A stretch of 64,000 nt of DNA from an uncultured Nitrospiraceae bacterium (GCA_963727805.1 CAVSHF010000003.1:2240001-2304000), one strand, 5' to 3'; shown: positions 1-10,032, numbered from the stretch's first letter. Translations and numbers: made by a program. Notes: generated by a model from the letters alone, not told the origin.

Positions 1-167
1 GAGAGATGCAGAATTGGCGCTTCTTCCTTATCACGCTTCTTTAATAGTATAACGCTCCCATTTGCTTTTCCGAATTCATATTCGTATTCAATGAGTTAGT
101 GATGGATATACAGACCGAATCTTTTTTGCGCAAAACAGCCTTCTAGTGGACTGCAGAATTGTTCGTC

Positions 168-800
168 TTACTGGACCAACTTATGCTGAACGGCGTAGTG
201 GGTCAGTTCGGCGTTTGACTTCATCTCCATTTTATCGAGGAGGCTTGCCCGGTGGGTGCCGATCGTTTTTATGCTCAGCGAAAGTTCAGCGGCAATTTCC
301 TTGGTATTTTTCCCCTTGGCGATGAGGCACAGCAGGTGGTACTCTCGGTCGGAAAGCTTATCATGTGGAGCTTTGTCGGCCCTCGGTTTAAGTTCATCAG
401 CAAGCCTCTCGGCTAGTGCCGGTGTGATATATTTTTTCCCCTGAGCTACCCTGCGGATAGCCTCGATGAGCTCACTCTTGTCGCTCTCTTTGGTAAGATA
501 TCCCGCCGCCCCCGCCTTCAAGACACGCACGGCATACTGATCTTCAGGATACATGCTCAAAATTAGGACCGGCAGTTTCGGTTGTTGGCTTTTTATCTGC
601 TTCAGGATTTCAAGTCCATTTCTGCCTGGCAGAGAGATGTCCAGTATTACTACATCGAAGTTGTTCGCCCATATCTTTTCGAGCGCTTCTTGACCGGTGC
701 TTGCCTCGCCCGCTACCTCGATATCGGGAGTTCTTGAAAGTATCTGCTTCATTCCCTTTCGGACAATACCATGATCGTCAGCAATAAACACCCTAATCAT
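168..800 (-). CDS. NarL/UvrY-family response regulator (REC + LuxR HTH)
   Basis: MIRVFIADDH, ILDISLPGRNG, GAAGYLTK receiver motifs; C-terminal LSDRE...EIAAELSLSIKTI HTH. Confidence 0.92.
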   Translation of the reverse strand: MIRVFIADDHGIVRKGMKQILSRTPDIEVAGEASTGQEALEKIWANNFDVVILDISLPGRNGLEILKQIKSQQPKLPVLILSMYPEDQYAVRVLKAGAAGYLTKESDKSELIEAIRRVAQGKKYITPALAERLADELKPRADKAPHDKLSDREYHLLCLIAKGKNTKEIAAELSLSIKTIGTHRASLLDKMEMKSNAELTHYAVQHKLVQ

Positions 801-1081
801 GCAAACCCCTTAACCAAACAAACTCATATAATAATTCCGGTGACTACGAAGGGACCTCTTGATAAAAGCGGCCCATCCCTATAGTACGAATCATGCGCTT
901 TCCCCATAAGTCGAAGACACCCGTCCCCTATGCACTTACAAGTATATGTTTCCGATCTTAGGTAGTATACTCTTTTTCTTCCCTGCTTTTAAACCAACCT
1001 TTAATTGCTTATTCTAGGTTTGATAATACTCTTTCTGGTAGTGGATCCCAGGGGGCGTTGAAAGGAGCGATGCTTTAATCA

Positions 1082-2137
1082 TCAGACAATGCTTGCTAGC
1101 AGTCCGTCCAAATCAAACTCCCTGTCGACCAGCTCTTTTGCTCGTAATACCTTTCCCTTTTCCCTTATGCTGATCCTCTTCAGTGCTGATTCGATCTTGT
1201 CGACCGTGGTGAATGTGTCTTCTGTAACCGAGATGATGGGTATCCCCCTCGAAATCGCCTGGCCGAGAATCATGTCGCTCGTCCTTAGACCGCCAGTGAG
1301 GATAATACACTTCGTCGACGTCTCGAGGGCGGCAAGCTGAATGTCTGTCCGGTGCGCCCCTGTGATTACTGCCTTATTGGGAATCCTGTTGAAATGTTTA
1401 ATGGCGCTGTCGGCATCCATCGCCCCGATAAGGAAGTTTTCGACGAACTCTTCAAGCCCCCGCTCGCAGCAGAGGATTTCGCCATTCAAAACCTCCAGAA
1501 GATTGCCGACTGTTATTGATTCGAGGAGCTTATCCTTTGGGAATACACCAAACACCTTGACCCCCTTCGTTTCGAGAAAGGGTTTAATCGTCTCTTTCAC
1601 ATACTGGAGAAGAGATTCGGGGACCTTGTTGATAATCCCGCCGAGGCACCTTGTGCCAAGCAGCCTCGCGGTGCCTAACAGGGTATCCATGGTGACCATT
1701 CCCCTCCATTGATCAACAATCAGGGCCTTTGCGTTCATTTCGTCGAGGAGATCGAGGATTCCGATATCGCTAGTCGTGCCATCGAAGATGTCGATGCCGC
1801 CCCCTAATAAAATGAAATCCTTATTCATAAGAGTCTGATAGGCAGTGAGTATCCGTTTCCTCGCATCCACCGGTCTGCCTCCGAGAAGGGCATTCCAAGT
1901 CCTAGTGTTGAAAACGAACGGAGATACGATTTCATGGGGCTCTTTCAGGTCGACAACATCGTTTATGAAAATAGAGTCATCATCGTATAAGTCGTTGTCC
2001 TTGCTTTCCGGAAGCCTCCCGGAAGGTTTCAGATAACCTACTGTATACCCCTTTTCCTTGAGCTTGAGCGCGAGTCCCAGGGTGATCACGGTCTTGCCCG
2101 AAGAGGGTGCATTCGAAGCCAAATAAAACGATGTCAT
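1082..2137 (-). CDS. Phosphotransacetylase N-terminal-like protein (BioD-like P-loop + DRTGG domain), no Pta catalytic domain
   Basis: SSGKT P-loop, VGYLKP, FLIGAM...VITGAHRTDIQLAAL...IILTGG; 351 aa. Confidence 0.8.
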   Translation of the reverse strand: MTSFYLASNAPSSGKTVITLGLALKLKEKGYTVGYLKPSGRLPESKDNDLYDDDSIFINDVVDLKEPHEIVSPFVFNTRTWNALLGGRPVDARKRILTAYQTLMNKDFILLGGGIDIFDGTTSDIGILDLLDEMNAKALIVDQWRGMVTMDTLLGTARLLGTRCLGGIINKVPESLLQYVKETIKPFLETKGVKVFGVFPKDKLLESITVGNLLEVLNGEILCCERGLEEFVENFLIGAMDADSAIKHFNRIPNKAVITGAHRTDIQLAALETSTKCIILTGGLRTSDMILGQAISRGIPIISVTEDTFTTVDKIESALKRISIREKGKVLRAKELVDREFDLDGLLASIV

Positions 2138-2256
2138 TGGGACCCCCTTATTATGCTGTCAGTATAGTCCGGCCAAAAAAAAGACTCACCGTAAAGGCTC
2201 TTCTTCTGTTCCCCTTATGGCTGCCCTTTCTTGGCCTGGACATTTTCTAGGCCCGA

Positions 2257-3027
2257 TTAATCCACTTGATTGATCGCGTAGACTACGGGGTCTTTTATGC
2301 CAGCCTCCTCAAACCCCTTTTCCCTGAATAAACAACTATCACATCTACCGCAAGCGACATAAGTACTGACTTGAGTGCTTCCGGCTTCCCGATCTTCCGA
2401 TGTAGATATCTGCGGATCATAACAGCTCCAAGTTAAGGAATAATCGAGCCCCAGAACCCTTCCTTTCTCTATTATCTGCGACTTAGTCAGAGAGAGCAAG
2501 GGGGCGTGGATTGAAAATTTTATTTTGCCTTCGACCGAAACCTTAGTAGCCAGGTTCGCCATTGTCTCGAAGGCCTTCAGATATTCGGGCCGGCAGTCAG
2601 GATAGCCACTATAATCAATAGCATTAGCCCCGATGAAAATATCGGGTGCTTCGAGCACCTCCGCCCAAGCGAGGGCAAAAGACAGGAATATCGTATTTCG
2701 AGCAGGGACGTACGTGACCGGAATAATATCCGGGCTTTTGGATACTGACGGTTGTCTCTTTGCATTTAACTCCCAGGTTTTATTTTTAGGCACCTCAATT
2801 TCATCGGTAAGTGCAGAACCGCCGATGTCCCTCATATTAAACCGCGTCACTAGATGTTTCCTAGCGCCAAGGGCCTTTGCAACCTTCACAGCAGAATTGA
2901 GCTCGATGGCATGTCGTTGCCCGTAGTCGAAGCTGAGCGCATAAACCTCGTATCCGTCAGCCCTAGCGATAGCGTGCGTTGTGGAAGAATCCACGCCTCC
3001 GCTCAAAAGAACCACCGCCCTCTTCAT
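2257..3027 (-). CDS. queC: 7-cyano-7-deazaguanine synthase
   Basis: [44 protein letters not shown] motifs. Confidence 0.96.
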   Translation of the reverse strand: MKRAVVLLSGGVDSSTTHAIARADGYEVYALSFDYGQRHAIELNSAVKVAKALGARKHLVTRFNMRDIGGSALTDEIEVPKNKTWELNAKRQPSVSKSPDIIPVTYVPARNTIFLSFALAWAEVLEAPDIFIGANAIDYSGYPDCRPEYLKAFETMANLATKVSVEGKIKFSIHAPLLSLTKSQIIEKGRVLGLDYSLTWSCYDPQISTSEDREAGSTQVSTYVACGRCDSCLFREKGFEEAGIKDPVVYAINQVD

Positions 3028-3668
3028 CGCCTTTTCCTCGTAAACTTGCTCTCAGATCCGGTGATGAGCCGTTGAATATTGGCCCGATGACTTATGAAAA
3101 TTAAAATGGCGATGATGCAGGCAACAACAATCTTTTCGGCTGAATTATCGATCATTGAGATGCAAAACGGGAATGCTCCAAAGGCAACGAGGGCGCTCAA
3201 CGAGGAATACCCTGAATATCTGAAGGTCAAAAGCCAAATGGTCGCTGCTAGAAGTGCTGCGTGAGGTGAAAGGGCAAGCGCGACCCCGAGACTTGTCGCA
3301 ACACCTTTGCCGCCTTTGAACTTGAGAAATATCGAAAAGTCGTGCCCTAGAATAGCGGCCAATCCGATGGCCCCTTCAAAAGCAGTGTGTGTATTAGAAA
3401 TCTGAAAGGGCATCGAGGCCAGCGCGCTAAACTGGATGCCGGTGTCGGGGAAAAAGTATCGTGCCGCAAGGACCGGCATGAAGCCCTTTGCCATATCACC
3501 TACAAGCGTCATTAAAGCCGCCTCTTTCCCCATCGCCCTCAATACATTTGTGGCGCCGATGTTGCCGCTTCCGACCTTTCTCAGGTCAATACCTTTTGTC
3601 GCTGCGAGCACGAGTCCAGTAGGGATAGATCCAATGATAAAAGCCCCTATAAGAAGCACGAAGATCAT
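3024..3668 (-). CDS. plsY: Glycerol-3-phosphate acyltransferase
   Basis: [45 protein letters not shown] motifs. Confidence 0.96.
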   Translation of the reverse strand: MIFVLLIGAFIIGSIPTGLVLAATKGIDLRKVGSGNIGATNVLRAMGKEAALMTLVGDMAKGFMPVLAARYFFPDTGIQFSALASMPFQISNTHTAFEGAIGLAAILGHDFSIFLKFKGGKGVATSLGVALALSPHAALLAATIWLLTFRYSGYSSLSALVAFGAFPFCISMIDNSAEKIVVACIIAILIFISHRANIQRLITGSESKFTRKRR

Positions 3669-4201
3669 CGAAAATGTCTCCAGAATGCGATCGTATATTT
3701 GACTCCCGATACAATGGCGAGAACCAGCGCCACATACATAAGTACTAGTCCGATGTCATACAAATCGATAAACCCGAGACTGAAAGGCAGGAGAAGCAGA
3801 ACGATAGAGGTCATCTGCGCTGCAGTCTTCCACTTCCCCCCTGCTTCAGAAGGGATGATGATGTCCATCGAAAGGGCCACAACCCTGAGTGCTGTTACCA
3901 TGAACTCCCTTACGATGATGATGATAGCGATCCATGCCGAGATCCTGACCATATCGACAAGCAAGATGAGGGCTGAAATAACAAGTATTTTGTCTGCGAT
4001 AGGATCGAGAATGATGCCGAACTTCGTTATCTGGCCGGACCTCCTCGCTAGATATCCATCGAGAAAATCAGTCAGCGACGCAACAAGAAAGATCGTCACG
4101 CCGAGAATCGGGCTCGTGGGAGTAATGAGCACGAAGAATGGTATGAGTATGATCCGGCTGAAGGTAAGGATCGTGGGAAGGTTAAGCCTTATGGTACTCA
4201 T
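3665..4201 (-). CDS. pgsA: CDP-diacylglycerol--glycerol-3-phosphate 3-phosphatidyltransferase
   Basis: TDFLDGYLAR...G..LDPIADK CDP-alcohol phosphotransferase motif; GKWKT. Confidence 0.95.
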   Translation of the reverse strand: MSTIRLNLPTILTFSRIILIPFFVLITPTSPILGVTIFLVASLTDFLDGYLARRSGQITKFGIILDPIADKILVISALILLVDMVRISAWIAIIIIVREFMVTALRVVALSMDIIIPSEAGGKWKTAAQMTSIVLLLLPFSLGFIDLYDIGLVLMYVALVLAIVSGVKYTIAFWRHFR

Positions 4202-4727
4202 CGATAAACTCTTCCCATCTGACTGCCACCTTCAGCAGCAAATCCGTCACTTCTCTGACTGCCCCTCTGCCACCGCGATTTACCGTGATCATAAGGGCAT
4301 ATTTCTTCGCCTCTTCAGCGGCATCGGCAACAACAACCGCAAGGCCGACCCTCTTCAAAAGCGGGATATCGACAACATCATCACCGACGTATGCCACTTC
4401 GTTGTCCGACAGATCGAATTTTTCGAGCAGCTGCTCATAGGCGACCGATTTGGCGTGGCAGCGCTGAAAAACATCTTTAATCCCGAGTTCGAGTGCCCGC
4501 CTGTCAACAATCCTAGAGAAGCGACCTGTGATGATGGCGATGTGGAACCCGGCCTTGCCCAGCATCCTGATCCCATGACCGTCCCTTACATGGAAGGCTT
4601 TGAATTCATTGCCCTCGTTGTCGAGGATAATGCTCCCATCGGTAAGTACTCCATCGACATCGAGAATAAGCAGCTTAATCTTTTTTGCAGCGGCGACTAT
4701 CTTCCGCCGATTACATTGCTTTTCCAT
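4182..4727 (-). CDS. kdsC: KDO 8-phosphate phosphatase (HAD)
   Basis: DVDGVLTDG, FHVRDG, YVGDDVVD, GGRGAVRE; next to kdsD. Confidence 0.94.
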   Translation of the reverse strand: MEKQCNRRKIVAAAKKIKLLILDVDGVLTDGSIILDNEGNEFKAFHVRDGHGIRMLGKAGFHIAIITGRFSRIVDRRALELGIKDVFQRCHAKSVAYEQLLEKFDLSDNEVAYVGDDVVDIPLLKRVGLAVVVADAAEEAKKYALMITVNRGGRGAVREVTDLLLKVAVRWEEFIDEYHKA

Positions 4728-4736
4728 TCCTCGTGT

Positions 4737-5723
4737 TTAAACGATCCCTTCCTTCAATATATCGTGCAAATGTATGATTCCAACAGCCTTGCCCTCGTGA
4801 TCGGGGACCACAAGTGACGTAATAGAATAAGTTTCCATCACAGAGAGCGCCTTCGCGGCAAGCTCGTCCTGGGATATGGCTTTTGGATTCGTGGTCATCA
4901 CCTCTTCAGCCTTCATATCAAAGAAGTCCTTTCCCCATTTCTGAATACCGCGCCGGACATCTCCGTCTGTCACGATACCGAGCAATTTTCTGTCATCACC
5001 CGCGACGATAGCAATGCCGAGCCTTTTTGACGAAATCTCCATTACCGCATTCATAACCGGCGTCGACGGGTCAATCACTGGCAACGCATCTCCCTTGTGC
5101 ATGAGGTCCCTAACCCTGATAAACAGCTTTTTGCCGAGACTGCCGGATGGATGGAAAGAGGCGAAGTCTTCCTGCCTGAATCCCCTTTTGACGAGCAAGG
5201 CAACGGCTATGGCGTCTCCCATCGCAAGAGTCGCTGTTGTGGATGCCGTCGGTGTAATCCCCATGGGGCAAGCCTCCTCCTTGACAGAAATATCAAGGCT
5301 GACATCAGCAGCACGGGCAAGGGTCGAATTCGGATTGCCGGTCATAGAAATAACAGTGACATTGAACCTCTTGAGAAAGGGGATCAGATCTGTGATTTCA
5401 TCCGTCTCCCCACTGTTTGATATTGCAAGGATAACGTCTCGGGTGGTGACCATGCCGAGGTCTCCGTGGCTCGCCTCGGCGGGATGGAGGAAGAAGGCAG
5501 GGGTCCCTGTCGACGCGAGAGTCGCGGCGATTTTCTTTCCAACTAGTCCCGACTTCCCCATTCCAGTTACAACTAACCGGCCCCTGGCTTCGTAGATAAT
5601 GTCAATAGCTTTTTCGAAACTGCCGTCTAGCTTGTCGATAAGAGCACGGACCGCGTCGGCCTCAGTCTGAAGCACTCTTTTAGCAATACTGAGAGCATCC
5701 ATTTTGCAATCGTCCATAGTCAT
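4737..5723 (-). CDS. kdsD: Arabinose-5-phosphate isomerase (KpsF/GutQ; SIS + 2 CBS)
   Basis: TGMGKSG, STGTPAFFLHPAEASHGDLG, PTASTT, FHPSGSLG, C-terminal CBS pair. Confidence 0.95.
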   Translation of the reverse strand: MTMDDCKMDALSIAKRVLQTEADAVRALIDKLDGSFEKAIDIIYEARGRLVVTGMGKSGLVGKKIAATLASTGTPAFFLHPAEASHGDLGMVTTRDVILAISNSGETDEITDLIPFLKRFNVTVISMTGNPNSTLARAADVSLDISVKEEACPMGITPTASTTATLAMGDAIAVALLVKRGFRQEDFASFHPSGSLGKKLFIRVRDLMHKGDALPVIDPSTPVMNAVMEISSKRLGIAIVAGDDRKLLGIVTDGDVRRGIQKWGKDFFDMKAEEVMTTNPKAISQDELAAKALSVMETYSITSLVVPDHEGKAVGIIHLHDILKEGIV

Positions 5724-5802
5724 AAGGAGCCATTTACATTATTTGTGTTAGGTGATTAATTGTATCATAATCTGATATTTTCGGTGGGGCTTCGAAATGT
5801 CC

Positions 5803-5832
5803 TTGCCTGAAGAAGATACTGTTTGATATAAT
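5803..5832 (+). promoter_or_regulatory. Putative sigma70 promoter of the tRNA
   Basis: TTGCCT-18 nt-TATAAT with TGn extension, 16 nt before the tRNA. Confidence 0.6.
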
Positions 5833-5848
5833 GTTAATTCGCCTATAA

Positions 5849-5924
5849 GGCGGCGTAGCTCAGTTGGTAGAGCATGCGACTCATATTCGCAGAGTCCGGG
5901 GTTCGAATCCCTGCGCCGCCACCA
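5849..5924 (+). tRNA. tRNA with CAT anticodon (most likely elongator tRNA-Met)
   Basis: GGCGGCG/CGCCGCC acceptor stem, TAGCTCAGTTGGTAGAGC D-arm, TGCGA-CTCATAT-TCGCA anticodon arm, GTTCGAATC T-loop, encoded CCA. Confidence 0.96.
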
Positions 5925-5933
5925 TTTTTGTTG

Positions 5934-7375
5934 TAACTCCTACTCCTACACATCAAATATGGTATAACCAGAGTATGGACGGTTGTTAACCGTTCATAAG
6001 GGGCAGGAGGACGTGGTTTCCTACAGGGTCAAGAATCCTTTACTAAGTCAGTCCCCTGTCTCCCAAAGCCATGATAAGTTGATAGGGCTACGAGCTCTTG
6101 TAAAGATGGAGATATGGTTGGGAGGCATTCCTGCCTAAGGTCCTATGCGGGAGGTGGTTGGAAATGAGCAAAGCATTCGTTGGCATCGATGTGTCAAAAG
6201 AGCACTCGACTGCCCAAAGCATCGACAGTGACGAAAAGAAGCTTTTTTATTTAAGGTTCTCAATGGACTCAGCGGGGTTCGCAGAGCTTCGGACTGCTAT
6301 TAAAGGATGCGGGGTGAACCCGGAGGATATTGCAGTGGCGATGGAGTCCACCGGCTGTTATCATATCAATCTCTTTTCCTTTCTATGTGCGGAGGGACTT
6401 CGTTGTGCGGTAGTAAATCCGCTTCTGATATCCAAATTTGTTCAGGGATCATTGAGAAAGACCAAGACAGATAAGAAGGATGCGATGACCATAGCGCAGT
6501 TTCTTCTGAACAATGAGAAGAAGCTGTGCGTGGTAACGTCATCCCAAGATGCGCAGGATCTGAGGGATCTGGCCAGGGAACGAGAGTCTCAGTCATGGAT
6601 GATTGCATCACTTAAGAATGACCTCAAACGGCTGCTGCAGAGCACCTTCCCCGAGCTTGAGACACTCCGCAAGAATATTTACACTGAGACGATGCTGAAC
6701 TTTGTTCGACAGTATCCATCGGCCAGATTAATCCGGGAGGCAAAGAGGAAAGATATCGACAAAGCACTCATCTGCCCCGGGGAGAAGCGCAAAAGAGTCC
6801 AGATTAGCGCCGACGATCTTATTGAGGCGGCAAAGCGTTCGGTGGGCTCAGCTGGTACAGCGAAGGAGCTTATCGTCTCTGAGAAGGCAACCACGATCCT
6901 GTATCTTCAGGAAAAGTGTGAGAAGATTACCGAGGCATTGGTGGATGCGTGTGAGGCAACACGGATCGAAGATCTTGAGATAATGAAGACGCTCGACGGG
7001 GTGAAAAACATCCTTGGCAGCAGCTTTCTAGCGGAGATGGGAGAGTTGTCCAACTTTAAATCATATAAGAGCTTGATAGCATACATGGGGTTCGATCCAT
7101 CGACTCATCAATCGGGGAAGCATGTGGGGCCAAGCAAAATATCCAAACGAGGGAATCGTCATATGAGGCGCATCACCCATATAATGACACTCGGTTCAAT
7201 AAAATCTGACAATATATTCAGAGAATATTATCTCAGAAGGATAGCCGAAGGATTGCCTAAGATGAAGGCATTAATGGCGACTTCTCACAAGCTAATAAGA
7301 GTGATCTTCTCTATGCTTACACATAGGATGCCGTTTAAAAAGGAGGTGGCTGCTGTATAGTTGACTTATTATCAA
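5934..7375 (+). mobile_element. IS110-family element A (long 5' non-coding end; exact ends uncertain)
   Basis: IS110 transposase with ~220 nt structured upstream region, very short 3' end containing TTGACT, no terminal IRs or TSD seen. Confidence 0.7.
6158..7360 (+). CDS. IS110-family transposase/recombinase (ATG at 6164 is a likely start)
   Basis: VGIDVSK, AMESTG, KTKTDKKDA (DEDD RuvC-like), QSG serine, ISKRGN. Confidence 0.95.
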   Translation: MEMSKAFVGIDVSKEHSTAQSIDSDEKKLFYLRFSMDSAGFAELRTAIKGCGVNPEDIAVAMESTGCYHINLFSFLCAEGLRCAVVNPLLISKFVQGSLRKTKTDKKDAMTIAQFLLNNEKKLCVVTSSQDAQDLRDLARERESQSWMIASLKNDLKRLLQSTFPELETLRKNIYTETMLNFVRQYPSARLIREAKRKDIDKALICPGEKRKRVQISADDLIEAAKRSVGSAGTAKELIVSEKATTILYLQEKCEKITEALVDACEATRIEDLEIMKTLDGVKNILGSSFLAEMGELSNFKSYKSLIAYMGFDPSTHQSGKHVGPSKISKRGNRHMRRITHIMTLGSIKSDNIFREYYLRRIAEGLPKMKALMATSHKLIRVIFSMLTHRMPFKKEVAAV

Positions 7376-7405
7376 CACCGCAGAGGCACGGCTTATTATT
7401 CAAGG

Positions 7406-8043
7406 GTCGAGTAGGCCGGTGGAATCGCACCACCAGCCCCTCACAGATTCCGTACGTGAACCTCTCGATTCATACGGCTCGTGTCAATCATCAAGTTGAG
7501 TCTTTGCAGTCTCAACCATACACATTGAGCGATAGTTCCTCCTGGTCACCCAGTTGACTGGTACTCTTTGTGGATTGACCCATCCCCTTCCCTCCACGGC
7601 TTATTATCACCGCTTCATCGGTACTATTGGACGGTCCGACCCCTTCACCTGCATCGATACTTTCCCCCTTCGTTTGCACTTATAGGGTTTTCTCTTAGCA
7701 TCAGATGAAGAGTTCCCGCGTTCCACACAGGAGCCTAGATCAGCTTCATGCCGCCTCTATGCCGGACGCCGTTCAGGCAGTAAACAGGTATCTCCTGAAC
7801 TAATCCTGATGCAAAGTAAGAACATCAGTTTTGACGTCGTCCTTTTCCTTTCGACACCTCATCAGCGGTTCGCTTACGCTCATCTCTCTGATCCATCCCT
7901 GACACGATCTAGTCGTGCCTTTTCCTTTAACGCTCACCACCGGAGCCTTTCGACTACAGCAGCTTAAGGTGGGTTGAAGCCTGCTCCTGCAAGCCGGCTT
8001 CGAGGGGCCAACCCTCATCTTCCTGTGCAGCCTCGTGGCGCAC
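7406..8043 (-). ncRNA. ORF-less group II intron, copy 1 (638 nt, IIB/class D-like)
   Basis: Minus strand starts GTGCG, ends CCTACTCGAC; domain V GAGCCGTATGAATCGAGAGGTTCACGTACGG; no RT ORF in domain IV. Confidence 0.92.
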
Positions 8044-8096
8044 TTACTTTCGGAAGTCTAGACTGACGCTTTTCTCCGGGAATCTTGTCTGCACCT
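8044..8096 (-). repeat. ~55-bp repeat, copy 1 (inverted relative to copy 2 at 15801)
   Basis: Minus strand aggtgcagacaagattcccggagaaaagcgtcagtctagacttccgaaagtaa versus aggtgcaggcaagatttccaggagaagtgcgtcagtctaga|tttccggtagtaa. Confidence 0.8.
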
Positions 8097-8100
8097 GATA

Positions 8101-8709
8101 ACATCCATTGAGAGCGACCGTGTCAAGAGAAAAAAGTATGCCGACAGTCTTTTATTCCTAAGACCGTATATCATTAGAAGTCCTTTGACATGAATAATCT
8201 GTCTCGTCTTTCTGAAAACGATGCAGAACCATTATCTGCATCAAACATCCATACGGGCTCTGTGGGATTACTCCCTTGCAGGGCAATGAAGCTTGCTCTG
8301 CGGCACCAGAAAGTTATCGGTTCCTGACCAGCCTCATTCAGCAAATGCAGTCGATGTCTGCACAGGGCAGCATCAGTTATCGTGGAGCTACCGGCCAGGG
8401 CAGACATCCATTGAGAGCGACCGTGTCAAGAGAAAAAAGTATGCCGACAGTCTTTTATTCCTAAGACCGTATATCATTAGAAGTCCTTTGACATGAATAA
8501 TCTGTCTCGTCTTTCTGAAAACGATGCAGAACCATTATCTGCATCAAACATCCATACGGGCTCTGTGGGATTACTCCCTTGCAGGGCAATGAAGCTTGCT
8601 CTGCGGCACCAGAAAGTTATCGGTTCCTGACCAGCCTCATTCAGCAAATGCAGTCGATGTCTGCACAGGGCAGCATCAGTTATCGTGGAGCTACCGGCCA
8701 GGGCAGACA
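8101..8709. repeat. Perfect 303-bp tandem duplication (8101-8403 / 8404-8706, plus 3-nt overlap) of the IS right end
   Basis: Direct base comparison; both units begin acatccattgagagcgacc and end ccggccagggcag. Confidence 0.95.
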
Positions 8710-9906
8710 ATGTCAAAACACCTCCATTTTTTTAAAGACAGATGGCGGCTACCAATCAAACACTCGGGCTTATGAGCCCACTTATCAGGCGGGTATTACC
8801 GCCACCCATCAGCCGAAAAGCTTTGCCTCGTCAAAAGGGACCCCTTCCTTCAACATATGAAACGTAGCGTTGGCTATTTTGTGAGCCAGAATGCAGTTGG
8901 CCACCATCGTAGCCGCACTGCCCTTCCTTCTGTTGGCATGTTTGTCCCTGAACTTTCTGAGCTTCGGATAATACCTGACCGCAATATTGGCGGCTTGGGT
9001 AAATGCAAACTTCAAATAATGATTCCCCTGCTTCTTTCCCTTCCCTCTCTTTACTGTGTCGGAGGACTGAGATACACCCGGCACCAAACGACAATAGGAT
9101 GCAAACTGCCTGACATCTCTGAATCTGCTGATGTCTCCTATCTCGTAATAGATCGTCAATCCAAGCACGTACATTACGCCGGGCAACGTTAACAGAAGCT
9201 TGAATCTGGGATCTTCTAACGTGATGTCTTTTAACCCAGTATCGAGCTTGTCAATCTGGTTGGATAGCAGGTCGATTCTCTCCAGTATCATGACGCAGTA
9301 ATCCTTCACTTGCTGAGGGATCGGCATAATATGAAGATCTGCAGGTAAGAGCTTCTTCAACTCGCTACCGCTCATGGTGTTCAGGTTATACTTTATGAAC
9401 TGTACCCTCAAGCTCGAATAGCATTCGGCACGCTCATGAACAAGGCCTGCCCTTCTCCTTAAGAGGTCTCTCAATGGTCTTTTCTCCTTGGGATAAATAT
9501 ACGCCTCCGGGAGTTCACCCATCCTGAGAAGTTTTGCCAACTTAAATGCGTCTCTTCTGTCAGTCTTTACCTTCGCCCCTGTTATCATGTACAGACCCAA
9601 TGTATGTGCAAGCCTTACGTCATAGCCCTTGTCCTTAAGTCCATCCACAATCCAATACCAATTTATGGTGCATTCAATCGCAATATGTACATCCCTACCG
9701 AAGGGTTCTAGAAATTCAAAAATGACCGAAAGATCATTGTTGAGATTACCCTCCTTTACCTTTTTCCCGTCCTTGTCAATAATACAGAGTTGGGATTTCT
9801 TGGTATGCAAATCGATTCCACAGTAAAATGTCATAGCGGCCTCCTTCCAGTTTTTGAATGCAATACAATTATCACATCCAACGGAGGTCGCTCTCAATAA
9901 TTATCA
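8102..9906 (-). mobile_element. IS110-family element B (IS1111 type) with duplicated right end
   Basis: 13-bp sub-terminal IRs attgagagcgacc (8107-8119) / ggtcgctctcaat (9886-9898); long 3' non-coding end; shared TG core at both ends. Confidence 0.88.
8809..9834 (-). CDS. IS110-family transposase/recombinase (start MTFYCGIDLH after AAGGAGG)
   Basis: CGIDLH, AIECT, KVKTDRRDA, EIGDISRF, SQSS, GNHYLK. Confidence 0.95.
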   Translation of the reverse strand: MTFYCGIDLHTKKSQLCIIDKDGKKVKEGNLNNDLSVIFEFLEPFGRDVHIAIECTINWYWIVDGLKDKGYDVRLAHTLGLYMITGAKVKTDRRDAFKLAKLLRMGELPEAYIYPKEKRPLRDLLRRRAGLVHERAECYSSLRVQFIKYNLNTMSGSELKKLLPADLHIMPIPQQVKDYCVMILERIDLLSNQIDKLDTGLKDITLEDPRFKLLLTLPGVMYVLGLTIYYEIGDISRFRDVRQFASYCRLVPGVSQSSDTVKRGKGKKQGNHYLKFAFTQAANIAVRYYPKLRKFRDKHANRRKGSAATMVANCILAHKIANATFHMLKEGVPFDEAKLFG

Positions 9907-10032
9907 AACACCGCGGCCATCTCTCCGAGTGTGTTTATTTCCAGTTGTCACCTCGTGTCAACACTTGCTTCGATATGGTTTTATAGTGGTAGTATTTAAG
10001 TCGAAGGTCTTCAATCTTAATACGTTGTCGTT

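Noticed and set aside
3699..4817. 372-aa plus-strand ORF and many other antisense ORFs over ndvB, pta, acs and hisD
   Set aside because: Shadow frames opposite well-supported genes; no recognisable motifs
7800..8018. 72-aa ORF repeated at 33919-34137
   Set aside because: Lies within intron domain I; no RT or maturase motifs; incidental frame in a structured RNA
8174..8860. Duplicated short ORFs, and the 303-bp tandem as a possible CRISPR-like array
   Set aside because: The units are identical with no spacers; they are the IS non-coding right end
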